Notes: generated from the letters alone by a model not told the origin. A stretch of DNA of 62,575 nucleotides, filler included, from Sluysia triapertura (GCA_046118255.1; 5 parts of 5 records of this genome joined end to end with filler, not necessarily neighbours in it), one strand, 5' to 3'. Counted from the first letter of the whole stretch, positions 1 through 12,916 are shown. Numbers and translations are program-made.

Positions 1-2104
1 ATTTGATTTATAAAAATATATAGAGATTCAGTTTTGTTTGATTTCAGTTTTTATAAAGAAGGGTTATTAATTTTATTAAAAAACACAACAATAGCAATCG
101 AAAAGTATAAGAATGGATAAGCATACATTAATTCTATCAACATCATACGCTAATAAAACATTTTCTTATAATCGTAAGTGAAAAACCTCAAAATTTCCCT
201 ACAATATGTATGTATATGCTTTTAATAGAACTATTAAAAATGATATGACAGTTTTTGTAGTAAATAATCATTTAGAAAACCCAAGTCCGATGAAGAAACT
301 ATCATGGCTATATTTTAGTACTTATTGATATAAGACATTTTGTAATATCATTGATAAATCACGAGACAAAATTAATTTATTCAGAATTAGATTAGGATAA
401 ATTAAATGACCTTAATTTAATGTTGGATTGGTATGTTCCACAATCATGTCTAGACGATTCAAAAAATTTAGAAAAGAACGCTCGCAGGAGTCGTTCTAGA
501 TTACTACAATTAGTGCCTACCGTGTTGTACAGAAATTTATCAGTTATAATAAATATTTCATATGTTGAACAGTTATTTGAATCATTATGTATTAACATAT
601 ATATTAATGTTTTATGTATATTTGATATTTTATTTTGATATTTTAAATATTGAAATTAGTGATGTATAAAATTTACATATTAAAATTATTAATGTATTTA
701 TTAAAAATATTAAATTATTAAATTTAAAAAATACAAAATTAAAAAATATAATTAATTTAAAAAAAATATTAATGTTTTAATTATTAAAGTTATTATTTTA
801 TTTATAAAACTACTAAAATAGTATTTAGAAATACTATAAATAGTGAATCGCTACATTTACACAAATATGTAATTTTGAAGTTTAAAAATTATTGATTTAG
901 TGATATTAACGGTTTATTTATAGTGGGATAAAAGAAAATTATTTCTTTAGAAACATTATTAATATTCGAAACAATTATTTGGAAAAACTAATTAATTTGA
1001 TATTAACAATTTATTTATAACTGGAGAAAATAAGATTATTTGTTTGAAAAATTTTATTAATATTTGGAAAAATTAATTTATATTAATCGTTAGGTTTATG
1101 CTTTTTTAAGAGTAGTTAATTTATAACTATATAAAATAAACTCAAACTGAACTTATAAGCTGAAAGTATATTTAATACAATAAAAAATTATTTATTAACA
1201 TTTAATCACAACATATTAATTATACATTAATATTGTTTAACATTTATTCCTATAATATAGACGAATTTTTTAATTTTTGACATTTGACATTAAATTAACA
1301 CTTTTCAACATTTATAAACGAACTTTTAAGTTTTGCATAAAATTTTTATTTATGTGTTACGCTTTCTAAATCTATTTGATAATTAACAATTTCTATTTAT
1401 TAATTGTATACGTGTTTTAACTTTTATATACTTGTTGTTTTTTAATAAATAATTTATTATATTCGAATTTGTGTTTTTTAATAATTGGAAATATTTTAAG
1501 TAAAATAAATCTGAATTGATACGGATAATTTTTAATGTTGACTATTTTCCAAATTATAATAAAATCTTAATTGAGGAAAGCCAATAAGTATCTAAATCTA
1601 AGAAACAGGTAGCATCAAAATTAAATATCAACATAAGCCTCCAGTTCTTATCTTTTCTTTCTTAAAAGCTGCGAATATATGTGCTGGCCCTTCAGTGAGT
1701 AAGTTCAGTATCATTGAGAATTTACGTTAAGGATAAGGCATTTAATCCAAATTAAAAATCTTAATCACATCATAATCTAAACTTTCCACGCCTATATTAG
1801 TTTCAACATTAAAAGAGATCACACCGACTGTACACGTACTCAGTTTTATTGTTGCATTAAAATCCTAATTAGGACGTCTTCGCTTAGATTTTAATCGTAT
1901 CTAATTAGGCGGACTAACCTTCAGAACTTTCTTATCTGGCAAGTTAGTTTAGTTTAAATAAAACTATTGCAAAACTAATAATTATGCACTAAATCTAATA
2001 TCATTATATCATGAGCAAACATTTTCTATTAAGTTATCAAATTACACAAATTTTAATTAAGTCAATTAACAAATGTACGTTTAATGTTTTAACAAATAAA
2101 ACCT

Positions 2105-2521
2105 TGTAAAGGGTTATTTATTCGCATTTGTCATTCTTTTGTTTTGATTCAATTATTTTATACGCTTATTGCTACATTATGATTCATCGTAATACCTTAT
2201 CTTAATTCTTTAATGATGTTTCTTTTATTTTCTTATCCTGAATCCTGAGCCCGAAATTTCCCCTATTCTTCACTAATCCCAACAGGTATCTCAGTGTGCC
2301 CAAAGGTTTCCCAAACTCATCTCAAGCATCCACAAAGACTCATCACCTTGTCATTGGAACTCCAAGATATACTTCAATTCTCAAAATAATCCCAGACACT
2401 TTCATATTCATCATTCTCACTCCATAATCATTTCTATCCATTACTTTGTATCAGTTTTTCTTATAATTTGTAATTCCATGTTTCCTATTCATCTCTACTC
2501 CACATTTCGGTCATCCCAACA
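2105..2521 (-). mobile_element. Solo-LTR-like repeat (family B), starts TGTTGGGAT and probably ends CCCTTTACA
   Basis: The minus strand from 2521 reads TGTTGGGATGACCGAAATGTGGAGTAGAGATGAAT...GAAAAACTGATACAA and is colinear with 36675-36823 from the same first base. An AATAAA lies at ~2223 (-) and a candidate TACA end at 2105. The TSD is poor (ACCT vs AAAT), so the 2105 end is uncertain. Confidence 0.5.
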
Positions 2522-3229
2522 AAATGACTGACAAATACTACTTATAATATGATTTTAAGATGGCTCGTAAGATTATTTGCCTAATAAGAATTTATTACAA
2601 AGAAACATCTAAAATTATGTTCCCACAAGGATTTAAATTGATAATCTTCGTTAAAATAAAATCATTTTTACTTACATCAAAGTCCGTTGACAAGTATAAA
2701 TTCATAACAGTAGTAAACTTATAAGCTTTTAAATATACATAAATCAGATTGTTCCATGTTCAAGAAAATCCACCAAGTTAATTATAATTCACTGCCAATT
2801 TTAACATTAGTTGTCTTACATCGTCTTTTTTCAGCCATATTTCCTATATATTGAATTTTTGCTTACAATTACTATAGCTCACAAAATTTTAATGAATAAG
2901 TTACCTAAATTAAATAGTGACTTTAATCTGCTTAAAATAAAATATTAAATTATTAAATTTAAAATATTAAATTAAAATATTAAATTTGAAATATTAAAAT
3001 TAAAATATTAAATTTCACTTCCGCTTCTTATGAGTTAATTTTAAATAGTTAAAACTGTTTTAATATGTAGAATTTAATTTCAGGAATTATTTAATACTTT
3101 ATTTTAATTAAAAAAATTAAATTAAAATTTATTTAATTTAAATAATTATTAATTTTTCATGATATATTTAATAATTTGATATTTACATTTAAAATAAACT
3201 ACATATTTTAATTACTTATGCCTAAAAAA

Positions 3230-3600
3230 TTCAAGAACGGTCGTTGGTCTAGTTCTTCAAGCTCAAGTAGTAGTTCTGGTTCATTTGAAGGAAATAAATG
3301 GGTTAAAAAAGAAAAAAAAAGACAGAAAAAAATGTTGAAAAAAATGGGTAAAGTAAGTGCATGCATTTTAATTTTTGATAATGCATAGGGTCACGTAAAA
3401 TAAATGTGTTAAAAATTGTATTAATATTATTGATATGTAATACCTTATTCATACATTTACTTCGTCGTACTTTTTGGACAATACTAACATTTGTGTTGCA
3501 GAACTATGGTATTATGACCTGTTAAGGCATTAACGTGCTAATAAAATTAGAAATTATAGAATGAATTTGATTAAAGGTGTTTTTGCATGCAAATTTGTAA
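3230..3600 (+). pseudogene. Highly decayed pogo/Tigger-type transposase fragment
   Basis: TTAATTTTTGATAATGCATAGGGTCAC translates as LIFDNA*GH, like the LxxDNAPGH motif of DDE_1 transposases; many stops and frameshifts. Confidence 0.35.
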
Positions 3601-5049
3601 AACAACTCGTAATCCACACATTTTAATTTGTTTAGATCAATTTTCGATTAAAAAAAATTTTTTATTTATAAAATTATTTACCTATTGTCTCTATTGAATG
3701 TATATAATGTAAATTGACTACACTGTTTAAAGTGAACTAATGTTCGGTGGTATTTATGTGCTATGTTTAAGTTTGGATGAATTCAGTATAAATAACATTC
3801 TAATATATACTGAAATATATTTACTGTAAATGTAACTCGTATGAGTGTAAATTTTACTTCCTTAAATGTTATATAATATTTTAATTATTTTAAACTTTTA
3901 AGTAAAAATTTTAACTTATTTTGAAACATGTAATTACTTATTTAAATGATTAGTTTAAATTCAATATTTGCATTAGATAAAAATTTAGTTTTCAAGCTCT
4001 TTTATGCTGCCAAATGCATATATAAATTTAGCGAATCTAAGATGTAACTAGCCAACTGTTGCAAAGCTTATTGTGTGTTATTTAGAATTAATAAAATTAT
4101 ATAAATTTATTTAATCTTAACCATCTCAAAATCGAGTGGGTATAATTTGAGTGATAATTTTCAGTATAGATCTGTAAGTGTTTTTATTTAGAAAATGAAT
4201 CTTTAGTCTTTTCTCGTTAGTTCTTTTAGCCTTAAGCACCTAGCAAAATAATTTATCCGGGTCTGAATCCATTTGTAGTAATCGATTAATATTCCTTAAG
4301 GCAAGAAAATTCATTTATATTCTTACACTTATGCATTTATCTTATAATACATGAAATCAACGATTAATACTATTAATAAACTCTTTAAATGATATATTCA
4401 CTTAATTATACAATAAGGCTATTTTATGGTAATTATGGTAATAAAATTAGTTAGTAGATATTAAGATCGCTCTTAATATCTGAATTAGATTTTAATGATA
4501 TTTTGAGACTATCGTTAAATAGTTGTACAATTTATGAGATTTTAAGTTAAATTTTATCCCTTAACTTTTAAAAAGTGTTTTAAAACTTATGCATGCAATA
4601 CAAGATGTTGATCTAGCATTTCCAAATTGAAAATTTATCACTCTTTAATTTTTTGAGTCACACTACTTTTTGTACGACAGTTTCTCTTCTAATTTTTTTG
4701 TGTGAATAATAGAATTTTTGTTCCTTTTATACTTTTCAGAAATAGTCCAATTTCAATTATTTTCGTAAAATTATCATCGATTATCATAATTATGTTCCAT
4801 GCATAATAGTAAAATTATCGTCAAAGATTTCAATAATTTCGTTTTCTAAATATTTGATTGTTTTCGTAAATGTACAATAATTACAGCAATTAAGTTTTTA
4901 CTGAAATAAAATTATATTAAATTACGAATAATTAATATTATTGTACTTTATTACAACTCTACAAATATTTCCCCTCTGGAAAAGATTCGTCCATAAATCA
5001 TAAATCATAAATAATTGATAGACTAAAAATTGACCTAAAAAGTTTTTTT

Positions 5050-6160
5050 AGTCAGAATCGTTGAAGTCGAGGTCAGGTGGTAAGTAGTCAAATAGAGCCA
5101 GATGTGGTGGTGTAGGGGTTTCTTCTTCTTGTCTGCTGGTAGATAGGTGGAGAATTGTTGTGATTCTGGCTGATGTGGTTCCACGAAATCTGACGTAATT
5201 AGTTGATCAATGGAGGTATGATCTTATAGTCAGTAGGAGGTAATGAAGGAGTTTTAGATTTTAAAGAAATAGATTTAGAAGAAGTAGTAAGAAAATATGG
5301 CATACATTTAGAAATGAAGGTAGAGTCCTCACAATTAAAATCAAATAAAGATACTAGGCCAGATACTAGCCGAATACAGTTACTTTAGGAAGAAAGTTAT
5401 TAGTACTAGTGTAGGAAATAAGGTGGTAATTTGTCATAAATCACACCCCGTAGCCACCCAAAAGAATCAAGTATGAGCCGGGAGTTTAATGAAACCAAGA
5501 ATCGAATCAGTATATTTAGCCTCTTTAAAGACAGCATCACTAATGATATGTGAATTTTGGCTTCTCTATGGAATAGTACAAGTAGATCAAGTGATATAGG
5601 TTCTGCCATAAAGTCCAGTTCATATTGAAATTCTGCAAAGACAAGGCGATCCTCATCAATGACCAAAAGTGACAGGACGTGAGTATAGAAAGTCTACTAT
5701 CCTATGGCTCAAGATTGGACTTGTCATTGGCTAATAAGTTAGGCAAAAAGGTTTGAAAACCAGCGGAAGGTAAATGGAATACCAGAACTATAGACCTTGG
5801 AAATTCCGAGGCTTCGATAAAAATTTCGCAAATTCTAGTTAGATATAAAATGAAGGGTTGAACCACTATTAATTCGCAAGAGCAACCTTGACGACACCAC
5901 GCGCTACTGCAATGTACAAAGACTCAAAGTCGTCCAGTGCATCAGCCAATCCTGCTAAGGTAATGCGCGGGTGTTTATTGATAAGGAAAAAATGTGTCGT
6001 CAGGTAGAAAAAATCAGGAAAAAAGGCAGGAGTAGAACTCTCAGTGCAAAAACGATCTATAGGGAGGTAGAAAGATTTTACTTGGTCGATGAGTTTTGCT
6101 TGTAGAATGGACATTTTAAATTGTTTACAAAAAAATAAAATGATATACATAAACAAACAA
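5050..6160 (-). pseudogene. GC-richer decayed coding remnant, possibly the N-terminal Ulp1-like region of a retroelement
   Basis: A frame through ~5690-5600 reads FYTHVLSLLVIDEDR, resembling the HxxLLVID motif at 44763-44845. A frameshifted HTDSFG..GV follows near 5450-5475, then a Pro-rich stretch. Includes track ORFs 5406-5666 and 5869-6156. Confidence 0.3.
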
Positions 6161-6949
6161 ACAAAAATAGAATGCGCAAGTTCATTTCTAATCGTTATTT
6201 AGTGTTTATAATGTACATTATAATTTTAGGAGTACCTGCCTTTTTAAGAAAAGGGTTACTAAGTAACTTGGTATTAATTAGATTTAGAGAATTTCGTGAC
6301 TTGTATAATTGTTTCCGTTGTCTTCTACACGACTCCTCTAGTGGATAGTTCGGTTTGTATAGTTCGTATAGTTAGTTTATATTCAGAGAAAGCATGAGAT
6401 TGTAAAATTTCAAGACCTGAATATTCCCGGATCACGTTGTGAGCAGAAGTTGATGAAGGTTCAATATATTTGATAGTGAACTTTTACAATAAATTTCGCA
6501 TTTTCTAATTGTGACTCGACACGAAAGGAAGGGTTTATAAGATGAATCAAATAGAAAATAAAAACAGCGAAAATGAAATCTATATCGGAAAGGAAAAACT
6601 ATTGCGTAATATTTCTTAATGGAGCATCTGCAGATGGAACAAATTGTGAATCTCATTTTAGCTGGAAAGAAAAAGTATATAATAACAGGATAAATACAAT
6701 GAATAATTTGCATACTATTAAAATTTAGTAAAAAATAACCAATAAATTATATTTTATCTAACTAAAAGAAAATGATCACACATGATCAGGCGATTAGAAT
6801 ACACATCTAGTCACATCTTATGCCTTAATAAAGAAATGACTGATAAATTTGAATTAAGTAGTTCATTATAAGTATCAAAAAGAATTATCGCTAAGATAAA
6901 ATTACTAATGAAAACATTATTAGAATTTGTAATGGTTTTGATACATATA

Positions 6950-9190
6950 TCTGATAGTGAGTATCCTTTGCTTAATAAGCATATTGTTCTTATTGTTTCG
7001 TGGTAAAAACAGTCTTATTGAAAACATTTCTTTTGTCAGTGTTGAAATGGAAACAGTGTTGCTTTGTACTGTAAGTCCTGTGTTGATTTGAAATAGTTGA
7101 TATTCAACAAAATATAATCCAATGGAAAACCTGCTAACATACGTCTGATTCGTTTTTTTGCACCAGCTCATACACCATCGCACTGTAAGATTGATTAAAT
7201 TAACCTTGTTTCTTTTGATAATCGCATATGTATCTCTTTGATTTGCCTCTATTATTACATGAAGTTGCACGTTTTTGGTATTAGTTTTTCCATATATGCG
7301 TTTATAGGTTTTGGATATGCATCAGTGATACAAGTTGAACACACGCAAACCATTAAAGTTGATCGTAAATTCGTCTTTTGCCAGTTACTGTATAATTAAT
7401 GGTGAATGATTTCTCGTAGCTTACTCATAAATCACAGGTGGCAATAATGGTAATCCTGGTGGTGGTGTATAGTTAATTCGAAGCGGAAAAGTTTAAGGAT
7501 CATTATTATCATTAGAAGGTAAACATGGATATTTGCATTTGGATAATGATCATGAGTATAACTATAGCAAAGGCAATGATGAATAATATTGTAGCTACTA
7601 TTAATATTACAAGTATCGGATCACTTTTCAACATCTCCGATATTATCAAATGTTTTCTTGTTCCCATTAATGTGAAATGTAAATTTCTCATTTTATTCGA
7701 TGAGATAAATTCGTGCAATATCTTTCTTCAATAAATAGAAAGTCACAGCATAGAGCAAAGGATTCGTAAATTTCCCAAGTACTGAAATTGAGTCTAGCAG
7801 GTTTTAGACGAATAAATCTAACTCTAATATTACTATGTTACATTTTAACTTTTATTTCTGTATCTGAATTTATAAACATGTCCCTATCATTAGAACTAGA
7901 GGCATTAAATTTTTTATTTCCTTTAACTTTTTGTAGTTTTCTGCCGAAATTAATTAAGTATGATCCAAATGAAGTATGAAATTGCAAAAATTAAGAGAAC
8001 AATGAATATACAATATACAAGTCCCAGTGTGATTGCCTATCATTAACATAAGATGAAGTACATTTGTTAGGCTTCTATTGTGGATAGTATGGTGAAATAT
8101 CAAAAATTTTAGCAACTGACTTTAATTTTCTTGTAGTGCCGTATCTATAAATAATCTTTTCTACTAATAATTGTTCATCAATTTCGTCATTTGATATGTT
8201 TCAGGCTATTTAATAATGTATTTATTCCCGTCAATTGTTTCCGGAAGGTGATAATAATACAGACATGAGTTTTAGAGGTATCTTTCTTTTTACTCATGTA
8301 TTCTTTCTTTACAACAAATTGAGCAAACATTGCACCACTTTATATCATTTTATATATTTTCCCAGTAGCATTTGTTTCTTATTCCGGACAATGTTTTTCT
8401 CACGCAACTGAATTAAAATAAATATGTTTTATTATAGTTCTATACTCATCTTTTGTGTTTCTAAACCTCACCATTCCTTTAATAATGGCTAATCGTTTTG
8501 ATTGAGTTTCATTTAATATTATTTTAGCTTTAGCGTCTAAAATGAATGATATTTCTTTGTCTTACCTTTGATGTTTTATGATTTCTGAATTTTACATTTT
8601 CCGAAATTGTCGTCTGAATGAAATTTAGGTAACCGTTATCGCCTACATTTAGACATACAATCAGCTTCCTTGTTTTTCGTACCTAGTTTATAAATAATCT
8701 CTAAGTCAAATTAAACCACCTATTTAATCTACTAAAGGCTTATGTTCTGTATACAAGACATTGGCTTGTGTATGTTTTAAGTGCTTCCAAATTATTTTTA
8801 TTTTTGTCTTAAAATTGCTCCAATAGCATAATTACTAGCTTCAGTTGTCAGTATGAAAAGTTTATTGACATCTGGAAAAATTAATATTAAGTAAGCGAAA
8901 ATGCTTTTGTTTGCTCGTGTGTCCATTTAAATTCCACATATTTTTCATTAACTTTCTCAGAGGTTGCGCTATTTTAGATAAATTTTTGACAAATCTATAG
9001 TAATTTGTTAGTCCGGTTACAGAAATTTAACTACTTCCTCTATGTTTGTAGGATTTTATTTGATACCGTAGGTTTTATTTTTAACCTTGCCACTTTTAGT
9101 CTCAAAATCCTTATGTCATCTACATAAACCATGACAATTTGGGTTTAACATTCAAATTTATTTTCTCTATTTTCCTGTTTCTTAAGTTAT
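6950..9190 (-). mobile_element. Ty3/Gypsy pol remnant (RT C-terminus, RNase H, integrase)
   Basis: Minus-strand translations: GLTNYYRFVKNLSKIAQPL (~8955-9013), ILIFPDVNKLFILTTEAS (~8834-8888), TEHKPL (~8732-8751), HFTLMGTRK zinc-binding region (~7655-7685), PLRINYTPPP (~7455-7487). The order RT-RH-IN is Gypsy; multiple stops and frameshifts. Confidence 0.85.
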
Positions 9191-9248
9191 ATTCTTTAGG
9201 TAACAATTTGCATCTATCAGCACGAACCAAGAATGTTCCTGAATTGAT

Positions 9249-9752
9249 TTAATTTGGATCCTTGATAAATAAAATAGTTGATGTGGCTTTCATGATTTCA
9301 TTTGAACCTTTGAAAGGTTTATATAATTTTAAAGAGTAACCTGGTTTAGATAATGAATAATCAACCAGTACGTTATCACCACCATGGTCATATTTTTTTA
9401 AAGGTTCTTGGGAATATTTAATTTGTAAGCCTGTAATTTTATTAAAAATGAAATCATTAACCGAACTGTTATGATGTGACGTCACAATCCATTCCTTTTT
9501 CCAATTCATTAACTCTTGACACTGTATATAATGATTAAAGGATGATGATATTTTATTCATACGAATATTACAAACATGTGTACCGTCTGAAAAATGATAC
9601 CATTTCAAATTAGAATCAGAACATTGTTGAATAACGTATAAAAAACGTATTGGTAAAGCTGCCATACATTTGTTTTCACCACATAGTTTAACCAAGTTCT
9701 TTTTTATAAGTGTTACGCCATCAGCATTGAAATTTCGGAGTAAATCGTCCAT
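9249..9752 (-). CDS. Orphan 167 aa ORF, probably part of a longer disrupted reading frame
   Basis: A 504 nt open frame with ordinary globular composition in very AT-rich DNA. Coding-like sequence continues upstream to ~9940 (with stops and a frameshift) and past the TAA (INSGTFLVRADRC). No family recognised. Confidence 0.45.
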   Translation of the reverse strand: MDDLLRNFNADGVTLIKKNLVKLCGENKCMAALPIRFLYVIQQCSDSNLKWYHFSDGTHVCNIRMNKISSSFNHYIQCQELMNWKKEWIVTSHHNSSVNDFIFNKITGLQIKYSQEPLKKYDHGGDNVLVDYSLSKPGYSLKLYKPFKGSNEIMKATSTILFIKDPN

Positions 9753-9998
9753 AATAACTTTAACTAAAAATTTTTAAAAATGTCTTGTCTAAATTTTTTG
9801 TCTATAATTTGATTATAATTGTCTGGATTTTTCTTGTGTCTAACCACAATTTTTCAATTGAGACTAGAATCAAATTTTGTATGTAATTGGTTATCATCAT
9901 ATTAAAGATTCGTCATTAAAGCAATTTCGTCATCATATTACCAAAATTAAAAATGTTATTTTATTAATTGATAAAAAAGTTTATATTAGTGATCTTAG

Positions 9999-10154
9999 TG
10001 TTAGACTTCGTACAGTAGAGTGACCGGAGATCGATCCCGGGATCTCTACCTGCACAGTTCGATGCTATACCACTGAGCTATCAGCTCCGTCTAACAAATT
10101 TATTTTATTATAGTCAATTTTATCAAATGGCACTTTAGGCCTTTTACCCCAACA
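9999..10154 (-). mobile_element. tRNA-bearing TG...CA mini-element (family A), complete copy with TTAG TSD
   Basis: Termini TGTT (9999) and AACA (10154); TTAG at both 9995-9998 and 10155-10158. The minus strand has the leader TGTTGGGGTAAAAGGCCTAAAGTGCCATTT, A box TAGCTCAGTGG and a degenerate B box GGATCGATCTCC. Confidence 0.85.
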
Positions 10155-12101
10155 TTAGTTTTAATATATATCTTAACCATGTAAAGTACTACTATAACAT
10201 TAAACCATTGATATTGACATTCTGTATGCAGTCAAGCCATTGATTAATACACAATTATTAATACATAATATATTAATACATTACAATATATTTATTGATT
10301 TTTTGATATTATTTATTTACTAATTTTATATGGCAAAATTTATTTATTAATTTTATCTGGAAATGATGTATGAATTTATTAATTTTATCTGGAAAATTCT
10401 AAAGTATGTTTTATTAATTACTTTATTAAATTTTTATTTTTAACTTTTAATATTATTATTTTAATCAAACGTGATTATTTTCGAAATATTTTGTTTTAAT
10501 CTGATCTTTCAAGGTCAGATTGTAACTACTATAAAAACAAGTTTAATTTTCATAATTTACACATAATTTTTAAAGAAAAAGATTTCATAATTTGTTTACT
10601 AGTTTTCAATATTTGGTGAAGTTGTTAATTTCAAAAGGACCAATCTATTAACAAAGGAAAAAATCACGATAGATAATTATTATTAAGACAAGATATTATT
10701 ATAATATCGTTTGCAACATTTATACTTAAACTCATTTAATAAATTTGGACCATATAAAGGTCTATAGTAAAATCATTTTTATAACTTTTTAAACTTTATT
10801 ATAACTAGTTCTATCTAGTTATTGTAAAATTTCGACTACATTTCTTTTTAACCTATTTTATATTATTCTGTCATTGTTAATTAATAAATTGTTTATTGTC
10901 TATATTGATTTTTGTAATTTTAATATAAAATATGTAATAATTGAAGAAGCTTTCATACACTAGAATTTAATTCTAGTAGGTAAAATCTTTTAAACTGATC
11001 CAATATAACGGGATTTACGCAAAATCATTATTTTTAAAACCATAAATTAAATATGGCACATGTTTCAAAACAATCCTAGTGCAAAATGTAAAGAAAAACT
11101 AAGCCCAAACATAACATCAAAGTATGAATGTTTACACGATTGGTTGCGATCATTTTGATATGAGTGAATTTATTGTGGATTTTTGTAGTTTTTAATTTGT
11201 GTTGAGTATAAAAGTATAACAATGTGCAAGATGGATTTAATGTAAACTTTTATGAATGTGAGTGGTAATAAGGCTGGGTCACCACAAGTGCAGCATGTGT
11301 TGTTTGTTAAGAGAGAAGATTTATTTGAGGAATTAATATTAATGTTATTTATTATTCAACCATTTGTGATAAGAAAGATATATCCTTTGAGTTGATAATA
11401 TCGAATAATGATGCCAAGACTTTTGCTTCTTGCACGTTTCATCCCCTTTCGTCGGGTTGATCGCTCTTCTGAACCAATGCTATGGAATTTGGAAATCTCA
11501 TCTTAATATAAAAGGGTATGAAAAAAATACGAATTTGTATGTACAAATGTTGCTGATGATGCAATAATTTGCCGTAATATTTGAATATTTGAAATATTAT
11601 TTTATCGCATAACGATTATGTCATTAGGGCTGATGAATGTGTATTATAATTGATTTACGAGTATTTTACTTCTAATTTATTTATTATTCGATAAAATTAT
11701 TTATAATATTTAACTTATTTTCGTGCTAATTATGATGTAGACAAAATAAATGAAATAAAATATTATTTAATTTTTTGAGTTTTGAATTTAAAATTATTAA
11801 AGATTTAATTTAAATTATTTAAAAGATGCAAAATAATTATTAATATTATTATTGTATAATTATCATAAATTACGTGTTGCAAAATCAATAATAAACAGAA
11901 ACAGAATGTAAATAAGAAATATAATAATTAATGAACCAAATCATCACATTATATTTATGGATTATATCGAACAGAATCGATAGTCTCAATGAATAATGGT
12001 ACAAGTATTAAAAAGAAGTAATTAAAAGAAAATTAATGATAAATGACAAGTCTATTCTCAGAATCTATAATTATATATCAGTAGCCATTTCTTGAATAAA
12101 T

Positions 12102-12872
12102 TTATCCAACATTAATAGCAACTTCATTGGCATAAATTCCGTATAATTCCAAATATTGTGCCGAACGAGTATCACTACTCCATTTATTACCGGTAGGAGT
12201 AAAAAAAATGTTGGGTAAGGTATAATAAGGAAAATAAGAACAATCGTCTACCTTATCTAAAACCACAAAATATCCGACATCGTTAGGACAAGAACCATAT
12301 ATATTATTAATATAAAATTTTCTTGAAATTATATTATTACTGTCTCCATTGATACTAAAATAATTAAAAGTTTGTCTTTTCATTTTAGTAATATCATACG
12401 GATAAACAGATACCAAATTATTCAAATTAAACCATGTTAAAATTGTATCATATGAATTAACATTAAAAGTCATATTTACTAATACTTCTCCAGATTCACT
12501 TTTTGCTTCTAATCTAATCATTATCGGTTTCATTGTGTTCCAGATTTGAAATAAATTACTTTTAAAATTGCCATTTTCATCTTTGTACGAAGAAGGAAAA
12601 TAATAAATATTTGTTACACTGACTCCAGAACCAGCAATAATTCGAAGTAATAAATGAATTTTATTCAATACAAATTTCACATAGCCATGTTCGGTTTGCA
12701 ACATGTGATCATTTAGATAATGATAACGACACGTTCGTATGTCATATTCGAAAATGGAACTTTGCTTTAACCTAGCCGAAGCAGCACAATCCATTACTGT
12801 CGGGATTTCGTTATTTTTTGTCATATTTATTAATTGAAAAATATTTAACAAAATAAGAAAGATGTATTTCAT
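12102..12872 (-). CDS. Intronless secreted protein of an uncharacterised invertebrate family
   Basis: Intact 256 aa ORF from ATG to TAA with signal-peptide-like MKYIFLILLNIFQLI. It has a short PAN/apple-like C..FEY...C segment and the motif string WFNLNNL...FNYFSINGD...RKFYINNIYGSCPNDVGYFVV..DC. TATA-like TATATAT lies ~50 nt upstream. Confidence 0.85.
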   Translation of the reverse strand: MKYIFLILLNIFQLINMTKNNEIPTVMDCAASARLKQSSIFEYDIRTCRYHYLNDHMLQTEHGYVKFVLNKIHLLLRIIAGSGVSVTNIYYFPSSYKDENGNFKSNLFQIWNTMKPIMIRLEAKSESGEVLVNMTFNVNSYDTILTWFNLNNLVSVYPYDITKMKRQTFNYFSINGDSNNIISRKFYINNIYGSCPNDVGYFVVLDKVDDCSYFPYYTLPNIFFTPTGNKWSSDTRSAQYLELYGIYANEVAINVG

Positions 12873-12916
12873 TGTGGAAATTATAAACAGAAAAATAAAA
12901 CTTTGAGAAATTGAAA

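Noticed and set aside
230-638. Coding-like stretch at the window start
   Set aside because: Interrupted by stops with no recognisable motif; no product can be supported.
2200-2520. Apparent LINE RT C-terminus (KYLGV-like, GNFGL)
   Set aside because: Needs frameshifts, and homology with 36675 begins at a shared TG terminus, which fits an LTR better.
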